A DNA stretch of 64,000 nt from a virus, in the IMG/VR virus record IMGVR_UViG_3300023215_000707, positions 1,150 to 65,149 of that record; one strand, 5' to 3'. The translations under genes and the position numbers were made by a program. A model generated the notes under the pieces. The model had not been told where the DNA came from. It saw nothing but the letters and a program-made list of their open reading frames with translations, and did not search any database. Position 1 is the first letter of the stretch, and each line of letters opens with the position of its first letter. Below are positions 18,780 through 27,730 of this stretch, in pieces.

Positions 18780-20271
18780 CTTTCTCACCTACTAATACTT
18801 CGGAAGTCAATGCTAAACAAGTAACTGAAACGGCACTATTCAAAGAAGAAATAGTCACCTTCACAGGGTCAATAATTCCCTTTTTAACCAAATCACATTT
18901 TTTACCTGTTTTAGCATCTCTTTGAAGATATGGTATTGAAATATCCCATCCACCATTCATTAAAATTCTTTTGTAGGGTTCATCTAAACAAGAAGAAAAT
19001 GAGTTTTCACTATTTTGTCTTGCATTTAAAAGAGCATATCCACCACCACAAACAACCCCCAATTCCATTGCGGCTCTAGTAGCATTCAAAGCATCATCAA
19101 CCCTTTCTTTAGTATCTCTCATTTCTATTTCCGAACCTGCACCAATATTCAACACAGCAATACCACCGAGTAATTTAGCAATTCTTTTCTTCATATTATC
19201 TCTAACATAGTCATTAGAAGCATCTTCAAGGTGGCTTTCTATCATAGAGGCTCTTGTCTTGATAGCATCCGAATCGCCGTTACCATCTACAATTAAGGTT
19301 TTAGTTTCCCCAACAACCACCTTTACTGCTTGACCTAAATCTTCAAGTTCAGTTTCTTCAGGTTTAATTTCAGTTTGAACATCTAAAAATTTCCCATTTG
19401 TTAGTATTGCTATATCCTCTAATAAAGAGTCGGACACATAACCGTAGTCTGGAGATTCTATTGCACAACATTGCACTGTTCCATTCATAACATTTACAAT
19501 TAGATTACTAATAGCGTGTTGCTCAAGTGTGCGTGAAATAAGTAGTAGTGGTCGTTTTGTTTCAGCCACCTTTTCCAAGATTGGAATTAATTCTTGAAAC
19601 CTAAGAATATTAAAATTAGAAATAAGAATGTATGGATTCTCCATTTCAGTAATGTTCTTTTCTTTATCTAAGGCTAAATGATGGCTTCTATACCCTCTTT
19701 CAATTTCCATACCTTGAGCAATTTCAATATAGGTATTCATATCTTTAGATTCCGATACAGTAATAACTCCATTTTTACCTACCTTTTCCATTGCTTCTGC
19801 GATTAGTTCTCCGATATATTCATCATTATTTGCGGCTATTGTAGCCACGTTCTTAATTTGTGTAAAATTCTCTATTGGTTTAGCATTAAGCATCAAATTA
19901 CTAATAACTTCATCTCTTAAATTACTCAATTCATTAGAAACTTCAACAGGATTACGGCCACCATTAATTAATTCCATTCCACTTTCACAGAAACTTTGGG
20001 CTAATACACAAGCAGTTGTTGTTCCATCTCCCGCAGTGTTTTGGGCTTGAGTTGCTACTTCAATAAGAAGTTTAGCCCCCATATCAATAAATTCATCTTC
20101 ATGGAAAATTGATTTAGCAACAGTCACACCATCATTAACAATAATAGGTTTCCCTTTTTCTTTTAATATAACTGTTCTAGACATTGGGCCAAGGGTTGGT
20201 TTAACTGCATTTGCAACTAAATTAATTCCTTCTAGAATTTTTTCTCTCGCTTCATCACCTGTTACTATCAT
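18748..20271 (-). CDS. groEL: Group I chaperonin (GroEL-like)
   Basis: TLGP, VNDGVTVAK, GDGTTT, EQV-type apical domain, GIIDP; no GGM tail. Confidence 0.93.
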   Translation of the reverse strand: MIVTGDEAREKILEGINLVANAVKPTLGPMSRTVILKEKGKPIIVNDGVTVAKSIFHEDEFIDMGAKLLIEVATQAQNTAGDGTTTACVLAQSFCESGMELINGGRNPVEVSNELSNLRDEVISNLMLNAKPIENFTQIKNVATIAANNDEYIGELIAEAMEKVGKNGVITVSESKDMNTYIEIAQGMEIERGYRSHHLALDKEKNITEMENPYILISNFNILRFQELIPILEKVAETKRPLLLISRTLEQHAISNLIVNVMNGTVQCCAIESPDYGYVSDSLLEDIAILTNGKFLDVQTEIKPEETELEDLGQAVKVVVGETKTLIVDGNGDSDAIKTRASMIESHLEDASNDYVRDNMKKRIAKLLGGIAVLNIGAGSEIEMRDTKERVDDALNATRAAMELGVVCGGGYALLNARQNSENSFSSCLDEPYKRILMNGGWDISIPYLQRDAKTGKKCDLVKKGIIDPVKVTISSLNSAVSVTCLALTSEVLVGEKDEDLHSQRMF

Positions 20272-20335
20272 TGGTTTTTCCCCCTTATTTTAAATCTAAT
20301 TAAAGTCCATAAATTTGAAATAAATTTTCGCATAG

Positions 20336-20569
20336 TCATTTAGTATCACTTACCATACACAATATACTATTCATGTGAATAACAAAATATTCACCAACAG
20401 GTTGTTTCTTATTAACTTCATAAAAGATAATATCTCCAACATCTATATTTTCAACCTTATCACCATAAGAAATTATTACGGCTTTATTTTGTTCACTTAC
20501 AATTAGTGAACCATGTTGGCTTTTTACAGCCTCACAGACTAACATTTCTCCATATGCTTTTAATTTCAT
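20336..20569 (-). CDS. groES: Co-chaperonin GroES-like
   Basis: 77 aa, KAYGE.LV..., VGDIIFY, ILCMV; directly upstream of groEL. Confidence 0.8.
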   Translation of the reverse strand: MKLKAYGEMLVCEAVKSQHGSLIVSEQNKAVIISYGDKVENIDVGDIIFYEVNKKQPVGEYFVIHMNSILCMVSDTK

Positions 20570-20579
20570 ATTATCATCC

Positions 20580-21140
20580 TTAATTAAGTAGATTCTGTAT
20601 ATCCTTAATACGTTGCTGTAATTTTTGGTTTTCTAATTCAAGTTGTTTAATGTAATCAAATATTGTAGATGCGTTTATTGTATGGCGGCTTATTCTACCA
20701 GAATATTTTATACTCTTTTTATATGATTTTAGACTTGCTTTAGGTTTAACAGATACAGGTCTAAGAATAGCCACAGGTTTATCAGCAGGTAACAATTCCC
20801 TACCAACTTTAACTTGCACTGCTTTTGTTGTCCTCTTTAATTGTTGTGCTATTTTATTTAAAGTAACACCTTTTTTAACCAAATCCATTAACAATTTTAT
20901 ATCGGTATCGGTCCATGATTTATTATTATTTTTTATAATAAACTGCATTTTAATTGCCTTCAATCTTTCTATTCTTGCTTCTTTGTTGTATTTAACACGG
21001 CAAGCCTGATATGTCCTATTTAATATCAAACCAATTTCATCCCAATCTTTGTTGTCTACATTTCTCATACTTGTCAAATTACTTATTTCTTCTTTATTCC
21101 ATCTCATTTTCTTCACCTTTTTTTCTTCTCTTTTCGTCAA
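20580..21140 (-). CDS. Tandem Myb/SANT-like HTH DNA-binding protein
   Basis: Two repeats W..EE/D...L...W/L..IA..L.RT..A. Confidence 0.7.
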   Translation of the reverse strand: MTKREEKKVKKMRWNKEEISNLTSMRNVDNKDWDEIGLILNRTYQACRVKYNKEARIERLKAIKMQFIIKNNNKSWTDTDIKLLMDLVKKGVTLNKIAQQLKRTTKAVQVKVGRELLPADKPVAILRPVSVKPKASLKSYKKSIKYSGRISRHTINASTIFDYIKQLELENQKLQQRIKDIQNLLN

Positions 21141-21332
21141 TCATTCTTCATCACTATCCAATTTATTATATAATGTATCTAAAGAAAGTTGAAGATTATT
21201 TATACATAAGAATAATGCTGTATGGTCTTTAGGGTTATCCGAAGTAATACCTATTTTTTCAAGATACATTTTCATGGCTTTAGGGGTATGCCTTAAATGC
21301 CAAACATACTCTCTAATTTCTTCTTTATTCAT
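21141..21332 (-). CDS. Hypothetical protein
   Basis: In-operon ORF. Confidence 0.5.
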   Translation of the reverse strand: MNKEEIREYVWHLRHTPKAMKMYLEKIGITSDNPKDHTALFLCINNLQLSLDTLYNKLDSDEE

Positions 21333-21823
21333 TCTCCATCACCATCAAAAGTAAAATTATCCCAAATCTTTTCACTATATTTAAAGAACTTCATTTTTTG
21401 ACTATTTTTCATCCACAACATATGTTCATTATTTCCGAGAACAATTGCAGTTAGCATTTGTATTTTCCATGTATTAATAGTTCTTCTATCAGTTTCGGAA
21501 AAATACGCTTTACCAAAAGGATGAGTGTGAATCCAACATTTGACCGGCAGTTTCATTCCCTCTACACTTTCTTCATTAATAAACGACACAAAAGAACCAC
21601 TACCAACACTAATAAATAAATCATTTTTACTATCAATTACAACTTGAATTTCGCTAGGATGAGAAAACGCCGTCAGGCTCATTTCCCAAATTGATTTCAA
21701 AAAATCATTTCTATATGGTTTAAATAAAGACTCAATTACAGAAGAATCAAATTGAGTTCTTATATTCTGCTCCCAATTACCATTTAGAATAGTCTTCGTA
21801 TTACCTGCCCGTATAATCATCAT
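21329..21823 (-). CDS. JAB/MPN+ (JAMM) metalloisopeptidase
   Basis: E58 ... H99-T-H101-x7-S109-x2-D112. Confidence 0.88.
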   Translation of the reverse strand: MMIIRAGNTKTILNGNWEQNIRTQFDSSVIESLFKPYRNDFLKSIWEMSLTAFSHPSEIQVVIDSKNDLFISVGSGSFVSFINEESVEGMKLPVKCWIHTHPFGKAYFSETDRRTINTWKIQMLTAIVLGNNEHMLWMKNSQKMKFFKYSEKIWDNFTFDGDGE

Positions 21824-22032
21824 GCTCCCCCCATAAAACCAACAACCAAATCTTGCTTATTGATAAATTCATGATAGGTTTGATGACCGGCAATGAACCC
21901 CCCTGCATCTCTTTTGAGTCCTTTGAATGATTCCCCACAAGCAGGGCAGGTGACTTTAACTACTTCCGCATCAAAATATGTTCCAATAGATAGTTTAATT
22001 TTTTGAATAATAGTTCCAACTTCTTCATTCAT
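21820..22032 (-). CDS. C2H2-type Zn-finger protein
   Basis: CPAC...H...H; between E1 and JAB genes. Confidence 0.6.
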   Translation of the reverse strand: MNEEVGTIIQKIKLSIGTYFDAEVVKVTCPACGESFKGLKRDAGGFIAGHQTYHEFINKQDLVVGFMGGA

Positions 22033-22592
22033 ATATTCACCACCTTGTAATCCGCAACATCATCATTATCTACAAACCATCGCTGAATCCATTGGGCGGC
22101 CATTCCAGCAATTGCAACATGAGTAAAATGTATGCCTTCTTTTTCACCTTTCCACTCAGTTGTTTGGCAGGAAAAACTACCACTTGGACCTGTTAAAACG
22201 GTATCAAACATATCTTTAGGGGTTTTATAACTAATAAATGCCCCATTTCTCCCCTGCGCCCTCAAATCTAACCACTGCGTTAATGACCTATAAAGTAGTC
22301 TTCGCACATCTAAATTATCTGCACAACATATCACCAAATCATAACCCTTGATTTGTTTTTCAGTAAGAACTAAAAATGGTTCTGCTTTAACCACAGACTT
22401 GTAACGGTCTTGCATTGCAACAACCTTCTTTAGTTCTATTTCATCTATTTCAAAATTTTGATAAGATATATTTTTCTTTTCTATAATGTCGGGGTCATTT
22501 ACTGTAATCTTATACAATCCTGTTTTATTCAAAAGAGGAATAAGAAAACTACCTATTCCCCCTGCTCCTATTATTAATATTTTTCTTTTCAT
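22029..22592 (-). CDS. E1-like (ThiF/MoeB family) adenylyltransferase
   Basis: IIGAGGIG, D.D.IE..N, CADN..R; single candidate Cys142 in FSCQ; no CxxC pair. Confidence 0.88.
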   Translation of the reverse strand: MKRKILIIGAGGIGSFLIPLLNKTGLYKITVNDPDIIEKKNISYQNFEIDEIELKKVVAMQDRYKSVVKAEPFLVLTEKQIKGYDLVICCADNLDVRRLLYRSLTQWLDLRAQGRNGAFISYKTPKDMFDTVLTGPSGSFSCQTTEWKGEKEGIHFTHVAIAGMAAQWIQRWFVDNDDVADYKVVNI

Positions 22593-22801
22593 TCATCATC
22601 ACCCTGTTCTTCAAAATTATGCCATTTTCTTAACCATTCTTTAGTTTGCTCAATAGTCATAGTTAATCCTATCTCCCAATTTTCATGCTTTCTAAATTCA
22701 GTTAGATACCATTCGGGATTTTTAGTTTGCATATCTTCTATTATCTCCATATACACAATCGCATGTCTTAACATGTCTGCTTTCCATATATTCATTTTCA
22801 T
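22589..22801 (-). CDS. Hypothetical protein
   Basis: ATGA-coupled ORF. Confidence 0.5.
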   Translation of the reverse strand: MKMNIWKADMLRHAIVYMEIIEDMQTKNPEWYLTEFRKHENWEIGLTMTIEQTKEWLRKWHNFEEQGDDE

Positions 22802-23163
22802 ATTTTCATCTCCAAATAATCTTCTAGAGTTTTTACATCCTTTTTGACTTCATCTATTTTAAATTCAAAGGGTGAATCGGTTAGTGATTCAGTTGGTGTT
22901 ACTACTGCTATTGCTACAATTGGTTTATTCAACATTGAAAATAGTTTATTTATTATTTTCTTTCTTGCTGAATCAAATTTTAATTTCCCACCTTCTTTCC
23001 AAGCAGTATAATTAAATTCTTCATCAATATATCCTTCAATATACATTATTAAATTAAGTAGAATATTATATTCTGCATCTTTTATTTTAGTAGGTGGATT
23101 AAATTCTTCATAATTTTCCATTAGTGACTCAAACAATTCTTGTTCTTTTACATCTAATTTCAT
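22798..23163 (-). CDS. Hypothetical protein
   Basis: ATGA-coupled ORF. Confidence 0.5.
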   Translation of the reverse strand: MKLDVKEQELFESLMENYEEFNPPTKIKDAEYNILLNLIMYIEGYIDEEFNYTAWKEGGKLKFDSARKKIINKLFSMLNKPIVAIAVVTPTESLTDSPFEFKIDEVKKDVKTLEDYLEMKI

Positions 23164-23378
23164 TCTTCTTCCTCAAGATTTAAACGATACTTTTCAATAT
23201 CAAATTTTACATATTCTTGTTGAGTTATAGTTAAACGATTAAAATGCATGGTGGCTTTTTCATCCATAATTTCCCAAAAATTTAACATCTCTTGTGTGTT
23301 TTCAAAACGATAAATTGTTTCCCTTTTTATTTGCCCAGTTGGATGAACCATTGTTCCCATTTTTATTTCTTTTTCCAT
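23160..23378 (-). CDS. Hypothetical protein
   Basis: ATGA-coupled ORF. Confidence 0.5.
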   Translation of the reverse strand: MEKEIKMGTMVHPTGQIKRETIYRFENTQEMLNFWEIMDEKATMHFNRLTITQQEYVKFDIEKYRLNLEEEE

Positions 23379-23380
23379 AG

Positions 23381-23623
23381 TTATGCCTCTTTTACTTCAT
23401 AATCTATATGGTTTTTAGGAATACGATGTTTACGCCTATCAATCATATTACGAATTAATTGTGCGGCAGAATTGATACCATTATCAAATCTCTTTTCAGC
23501 GACTTCATCCCCTGTTGGGACCATATCTGCTTTTATTCTTTCAATTACCATTCCTATTTCTTTTGATTGTAATATATTTTTTAATATTTCATATTCAACA
23601 TGAACTGTTGTTTTTGCTCTCAT
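23381..23623 (-). CDS. Hypothetical protein
   Basis: In-operon ORF. Confidence 0.55.
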   Translation of the reverse strand: MRAKTTVHVEYEILKNILQSKEIGMVIERIKADMVPTGDEVAEKRFDNGINSAAQLIRNMIDRRKHRIPKNHIDYEVKEA

Positions 23624-24254
23624 TTATATCTCTCCTAAATTCTTTTAATATAGTTTCACTAACCTTTAATTCACATAAAATCTTATAACGATGTTGGGGA
23701 GAAAACGTGTTTCCTTTTCCATCTCGGTCTTCTCTAAGAGAAATAACTCTATCATAGAGGATTCTACACCTCTCCTTACAAAACTTAGCATTTAATTGCC
23801 TTTCTGGTGTTATTCTTTCACCACAAGTTATACATTCATGGTGTTCTCTTAACATTTCTTTACACATAGGACTACAATATGGTTTATGAATTTCTGTATA
23901 TATAGAATTGGATTTATGACCCCAAAATTTCTCATCACAACTAGAGCATTTTATTATACTTTTTTTATTTTCTGGTCTTATTGCAACACAATCATCACAA
24001 GACACCTGATTAGTTCCTTTATGTGGTTTAAATTCATCACAAAAACCACAAATTCTTTCTGGAAAATTAGATTTTTCTTTTATTATTTGGCCTTTATGAT
24101 TTAGAAAAGTTATGGTTTCATATTTTCTTTTAGCCATAGTTCTTTTTAATGAATTTTGGCGAGTTTTATATCTACATTGAGAGCAAATATTTCTTGCGTG
24201 AAAAGTTCCACCCTGAAAAAAACGCTTCTCACAACGACTACAATCTCTCCACAT
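23595..24254 (-). CDS. Multi-zinc-finger (treble-clef/TRASH-like) protein
   Basis: Four CxxC...CxxC or CxxxC units, e.g. CSSC...YCSPMC and CITC...FCKERC. Confidence 0.65.
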   Translation of the reverse strand: MWRDCSRCEKRFFQGGTFHARNICSQCRYKTRQNSLKRTMAKRKYETITFLNHKGQIIKEKSNFPERICGFCDEFKPHKGTNQVSCDDCVAIRPENKKSIIKCSSCDEKFWGHKSNSIYTEIHKPYCSPMCKEMLREHHECITCGERITPERQLNAKFCKERCRILYDRVISLREDRDGKGNTFSPQHRYKILCELKVSETILKEFRRDINESKNNSSC

Positions 24255-25093
24255 TATCTAACCCCTGCAATAATATCACCGATAGTTAGACCATAGGTAT
24301 TTTTAATATTCAATAATTTTAATATGTTATTGTAATGCACCCTTATTGTAACCCCTGATACACTAAGAACTTCTGCAATCATTTTTTGAGTAATGTTCTT
24401 TTCTAATTGGGTTGTTTCTGTGAAATATATCAGGCCAGCCAAGTAAGGAGAAGTAGGGTGTTTAGATTCTAATGAATTAATATATTCATGAATATTAATA
24501 CATTCATTGATGAATTTTCTTGATTTTCCTAACCGCAAACAAAATTTCTCTAATAAAGAACCCACATTAACATTAGAAAATACATATGAAAGACCCAATT
24601 CTCTAGCAAATCCTCTAGAAAGTTTACTAATTTTCTTAGCCGGTAATTCTAACACTTTAGACATTTCTTGCAAGGTATAAGAATAATCATACTGCTTTAA
24701 AACAATATATCCTATTGCGGCGGCTCTAATTTCAAGAGGCATTTTAGTCGAGAAAATACCTTTCTTTATTAGAAGAACATAATATCTTTTCATTTCTTCA
24801 ATAGCAGGTGCGCTCATATTGAACTCACTGGCAACCATATTACAATATCTAAATCCTCTATTAATTGTCCGTTCATTAGAGGGAATGGAATGAATACGGG
24901 CAAGTCTTCTCAATTTATATGCCCCCTTTTCTTTAGAAACAAATCCGCCCAGTGTTTTATCATTATGTCTAACAAGTTCACCATCTTTAAAGGGGTTTTC
25001 TTCCATAATCAAACCATGAACTAAACCACAGTTAGGGCATTCTAGTGCTTCATTTTGTTTCACAATATCTATATTACATTCATCACATCTCAT
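24254..25093 (-). CDS. tfb: Transcription initiation factor IIB (TFB)
   Basis: N-terminal CDEC...CPNCG ribbon, two cyclin repeats, C-terminal ITQKMIAEVLSVSGVTIR HTH. Confidence 0.88.
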   Translation of the reverse strand: MRCDECNIDIVKQNEALECPNCGLVHGLIMEENPFKDGELVRHNDKTLGGFVSKEKGAYKLRRLARIHSIPSNERTINRGFRYCNMVASEFNMSAPAIEEMKRYYVLLIKKGIFSTKMPLEIRAAAIGYIVLKQYDYSYTLQEMSKVLELPAKKISKLSRGFARELGLSYVFSNVNVGSLLEKFCLRLGKSRKFINECINIHEYINSLESKHPTSPYLAGLIYFTETTQLEKNITQKMIAEVLSVSGVTIRVHYNNILKLLNIKNTYGLTIGDIIAGVR

Positions 25094-25133
25094 TGCGTCA
25101 CCCCTTTGGGATAACCGTTTTACTTCTCCATCT

Positions 25134-26357
25134 CTATTGAAACAGCGAAATTCTTTGGTTAGTTTGGTTTAGGGTATGCCTACTATTTAACCTTCCCTTA
25201 ATAGTTGATACCCTTTCAATTAAAAGATTGTCGTTTAACAGCCCTAATGCTCTAGTTACGAATTGGTCGCCAGTAGGTGAATTATTATCAAGATTATCTA
25301 CACAAATAGGCCCAATCCAATTTCCGTCAGTTAAGTCCCTGCTATGCTCCCAAAGAAAGGTAGATACGTTTTGTTGGCCTTGAGATTTCAAGCCTCTATC
25401 CGTAAGTTTCCAATCGGCAAGTTTACCATTAATATACATGATAGTGGGAGTTTGTGAAACATCTAGTAATTTATCTGGTGAACCCCAATTAATCTTAATT
25501 CTATTGGGGTATCTATTAGATAGGTGTATCATTAAATCTCTAGCCCTTTCTTTCACTACTTTTTCTGTTCTATTTTGGCTTAAGAAACAAAGCATTAACT
25601 GTTCTTCACTTTCAGTAAGGTTTCTTTTCATTAATTTGAACCATAGTTCCGAAGGACTTAGATTCGACCACTTACTTTGTTTTCTTTTCTTAATATAAGA
25701 ATTAAGATAAGAGTTGAATTGTTTTATTGTTAATTCACCCCAAACCCCATCGGAGATTTCTAATGCTACATTGTTATCAGAAATAAGATTAGCGTTAAGT
25801 CTGCATTCAATCTTCTTTTGATAACTACCTCTAATATCATCTTCTATATCAATGAAGAAATAATATGGCGCACGATTTTCTAATGCATAAGATACCATTT
25901 CTGGTAATTGAATATGTTTTATTAAAAATCTCTCCAATTCAAAAGAATCTTCTGTAAAACAAGACTTGTATATAGTTCTAGCAAGGGAAGAAATTAATAC
26001 TTCTTTATTAGCCATCATACCATTAATATAATACCGAGTCTTTGCCTTATTAAAAAGAATTACAAATCCTGAATCACCAATATAAATTGTGTGGCTAAAT
26101 TCCACAGGTGCATTTGCGGCTTCTTCTATTGGCCTATAATAACCCCTACGATATGTTTTATTGTAAAGATTTTTACGACTCATTTTCAATTCACCCATTA
26201 ACCAAAGTTTGATAGATTCTATAAGTGGATTAATTGCACTTCTATATCTAGTGGGGTATAAAGTCACTGTATGATAATGACCCTCTTCACCAAATCGTAT
26301 CATAGTTGAATCATATTGTCCTGAATCATCGGGTCTTCTAATTAATAATTCGGGCAT
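25134..26357 (-). CDS. 407-aa protein with C-terminal E2 (UBC)-like segment
   Basis: GPIC352VDNL...SP.....V...L.LL.D resembles the UBC active-site region G.ICLDIL...WSP...LL.D; same operon as Ubl, E1, JAB. Confidence 0.55.
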   Translation of the reverse strand: MPELLIRRPDDSGQYDSTMIRFGEEGHYHTVTLYPTRYRSAINPLIESIKLWLMGELKMSRKNLYNKTYRRGYYRPIEEAANAPVEFSHTIYIGDSGFVILFNKAKTRYYINGMMANKEVLISSLARTIYKSCFTEDSFELERFLIKHIQLPEMVSYALENRAPYYFFIDIEDDIRGSYQKKIECRLNANLISDNNVALEISDGVWGELTIKQFNSYLNSYIKKRKQSKWSNLSPSELWFKLMKRNLTESEEQLMLCFLSQNRTEKVVKERARDLMIHLSNRYPNRIKINWGSPDKLLDVSQTPTIMYINGKLADWKLTDRGLKSQGQQNVSTFLWEHSRDLTDGNWIGPICVDNLDNNSPTGDQFVTRALGLLNDNLLIERVSTIKGRLNSRHTLNQTNQRISLFQ

Positions 26358-26507
26358 TTATCTCACTTCACTTTTGTATGCTCTAATACAAGAATCATGT
26401 AATTCTTGTTGTATTTCGGTAATATAGGTTAATTGTTTACCACAAAGCCTACATCTAGTTGCAACCGGTCCTCTTAATCCTTTAGTATATTGGGGGTTTT
26501 TAGACAT
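26358..26507 (-). CDS. Small Zn-finger protein (49 aa)
   Basis: Hand-translated ...CRLCGKQL...HDSC... Confidence 0.65.
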   Translation of the reverse strand: MSKNPQYTKGLRGPVATRCRLCGKQLTYITEIQQELHDSCIRAYKSEVR

Positions 26508-26799
26508 GGTTATTCATCTTCCAATTCTTTTCTCTTTTCGTATAAGCAATCATATCTATATATGATTCATGTTTATATTCTATCCATTCTGTAATAAATT
26601 TTGGACTTTCTAAACCTTCACGAACCAAAATATTTCTAATTTGTTGGTTTACCAAGTTCTGTTTAGTCTCATCTTTCAAGTTTAAGTTCTTAATCGAATT
26701 AATATAATCAACCAAAAACTGATAATCTTCATTAGACATGGAACTTTCCCATGTTAATATACAATCATAAAATTCATGGATATTCATAAACACTGGCAC
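26500..26799 (-). CDS. Hypothetical protein
   Basis: In-operon ORF. Confidence 0.5.
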   Translation of the reverse strand: MPVFMNIHEFYDCILTWESSMSNEDYQFLVDYINSIKNLNLKDETKQNLVNQQIRNILVREGLESPKFITEWIEYKHESYIDMIAYTKREKNWKMNNHV

Positions 26800-27035
26800 T
26801 ATTTTTCACCTATTAATTTATGAGATTGGCAATGTATTAAATTAGGTAATGCCCATTTTTTACATTGTTTTTTAGTGGACACACTAATACATACACATCG
26901 TTCATGTTCAAGCGGTCCTTCTATTTTACAGGGATAACAATGGGTAGGGGTATAACCCCTTCTTTTACTCCTACGGGTCATTGGGTTTTTACACCTAATA
27001 CATGTCTCAGCATGTAAAGTATGTTTAAAATTCAT
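26799..27035 (-). CDS. Zn-finger protein
   Basis: CxxC...CxxC plus C-x9-C-x9-C-x2-H. Confidence 0.6.
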   Translation of the reverse strand: MNFKHTLHAETCIRCKNPMTRRSKRRGYTPTHCYPCKIEGPLEHERCVCISVSTKKQCKKWALPNLIHCQSHKLIGEK

Positions 27036-27133
27036 ATCATATCTCCCAGTAAAAAAATTACATTCTACTGTCTATATGAATATTATGCAAGTTCGGGGAA
27101 ATCCTATTACAGATACCCCATAAATGAACTTAA

Positions 27134-27334
27134 TTAAAGTCCGCCAACAATAGCGGGAATCAAATCAACTTCAGTCACTTCATCCCAATTTAGCGATGCA
27201 ATATCACTTCGATTAACCATTTCACCATCAGCAAAAACCCAGTGGGTTGCGTGTTCGTTTATATGGTCCATTATTTCGCTAGTTGCAATCGACATTTCAG
27301 TATGTCCTGTTTCGTTTAGTATTCTCAACTTCAT
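27134..27334 (-). CDS. Ubiquitin-like (ThiS/MoaD beta-grasp) protein ending GG-L
   Basis: 66 aa with beta-grasp order, WVFADG strand, C-terminus VDLIPAIVGGL. Confidence 0.8.
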   Translation of the reverse strand: MKLRILNETGHTEMSIATSEIMDHINEHATHWVFADGEMVNRSDIASLNWDEVTEVDLIPAIVGGL

Positions 27335-27588
27335 ATTTCTCTCTCCATTATTTTATTGTTCTGTTCACTTATTAAGGTGTTCTTTTCTTGTATTCTGCCA
27401 CCCATTACGGTTACTGTTTTCTCGTAGTGGGTTGCAAGATTCTCTAATTCTCTAACTCTATTCTGCATTTGTGTAACATATATAGTTAGGGCATTCTTAT
27501 CGGTTAATAATTCTTCTACATTACTAGCCAATACTTCATTTTCTTTAAGTTTTATGTTTAATTCTTTTTCTAATTCTATTTTTTTCAT
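27331..27588 (-). CDS. Coiled-coil protein
   Basis: Heptad pattern; ATGA overlap with the Ubl gene. Confidence 0.6.
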   Translation of the reverse strand: MKKIELEKELNIKLKENEVLASNVEELLTDKNALTIYVTQMQNRVRELENLATHYEKTVTVMGGRIQEKNTLISEQNNKIMEREI

Positions 27589-27730
27589 TCTTCTTCACCC
27601 TCTTGCATTAGGATATTAAATATATGTTTACCAAAAATTCCACACTTTCCATCATGAGATAAATGGGGATATTCTTTTTGAATTGTAGCGAAAATTAATA
27701 GTAATTGTATATTACTCTTTATATTTGTAA

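Noticed and set aside
23595-24254. RING-type E3 ligase
   Set aside because: Cys spacing fits independent treble-clef fingers, not a cross-brace C3HC4/C3H2C3 RING.
27134-27334. ThiS/MoaD sulfur carrier for cofactor or tRNA thiolation
   Set aside because: Not fully excluded, but no thiG, moaE, cysteine desulfurase or thiolase neighbour is present, whereas JAB and an E2-like protein are.
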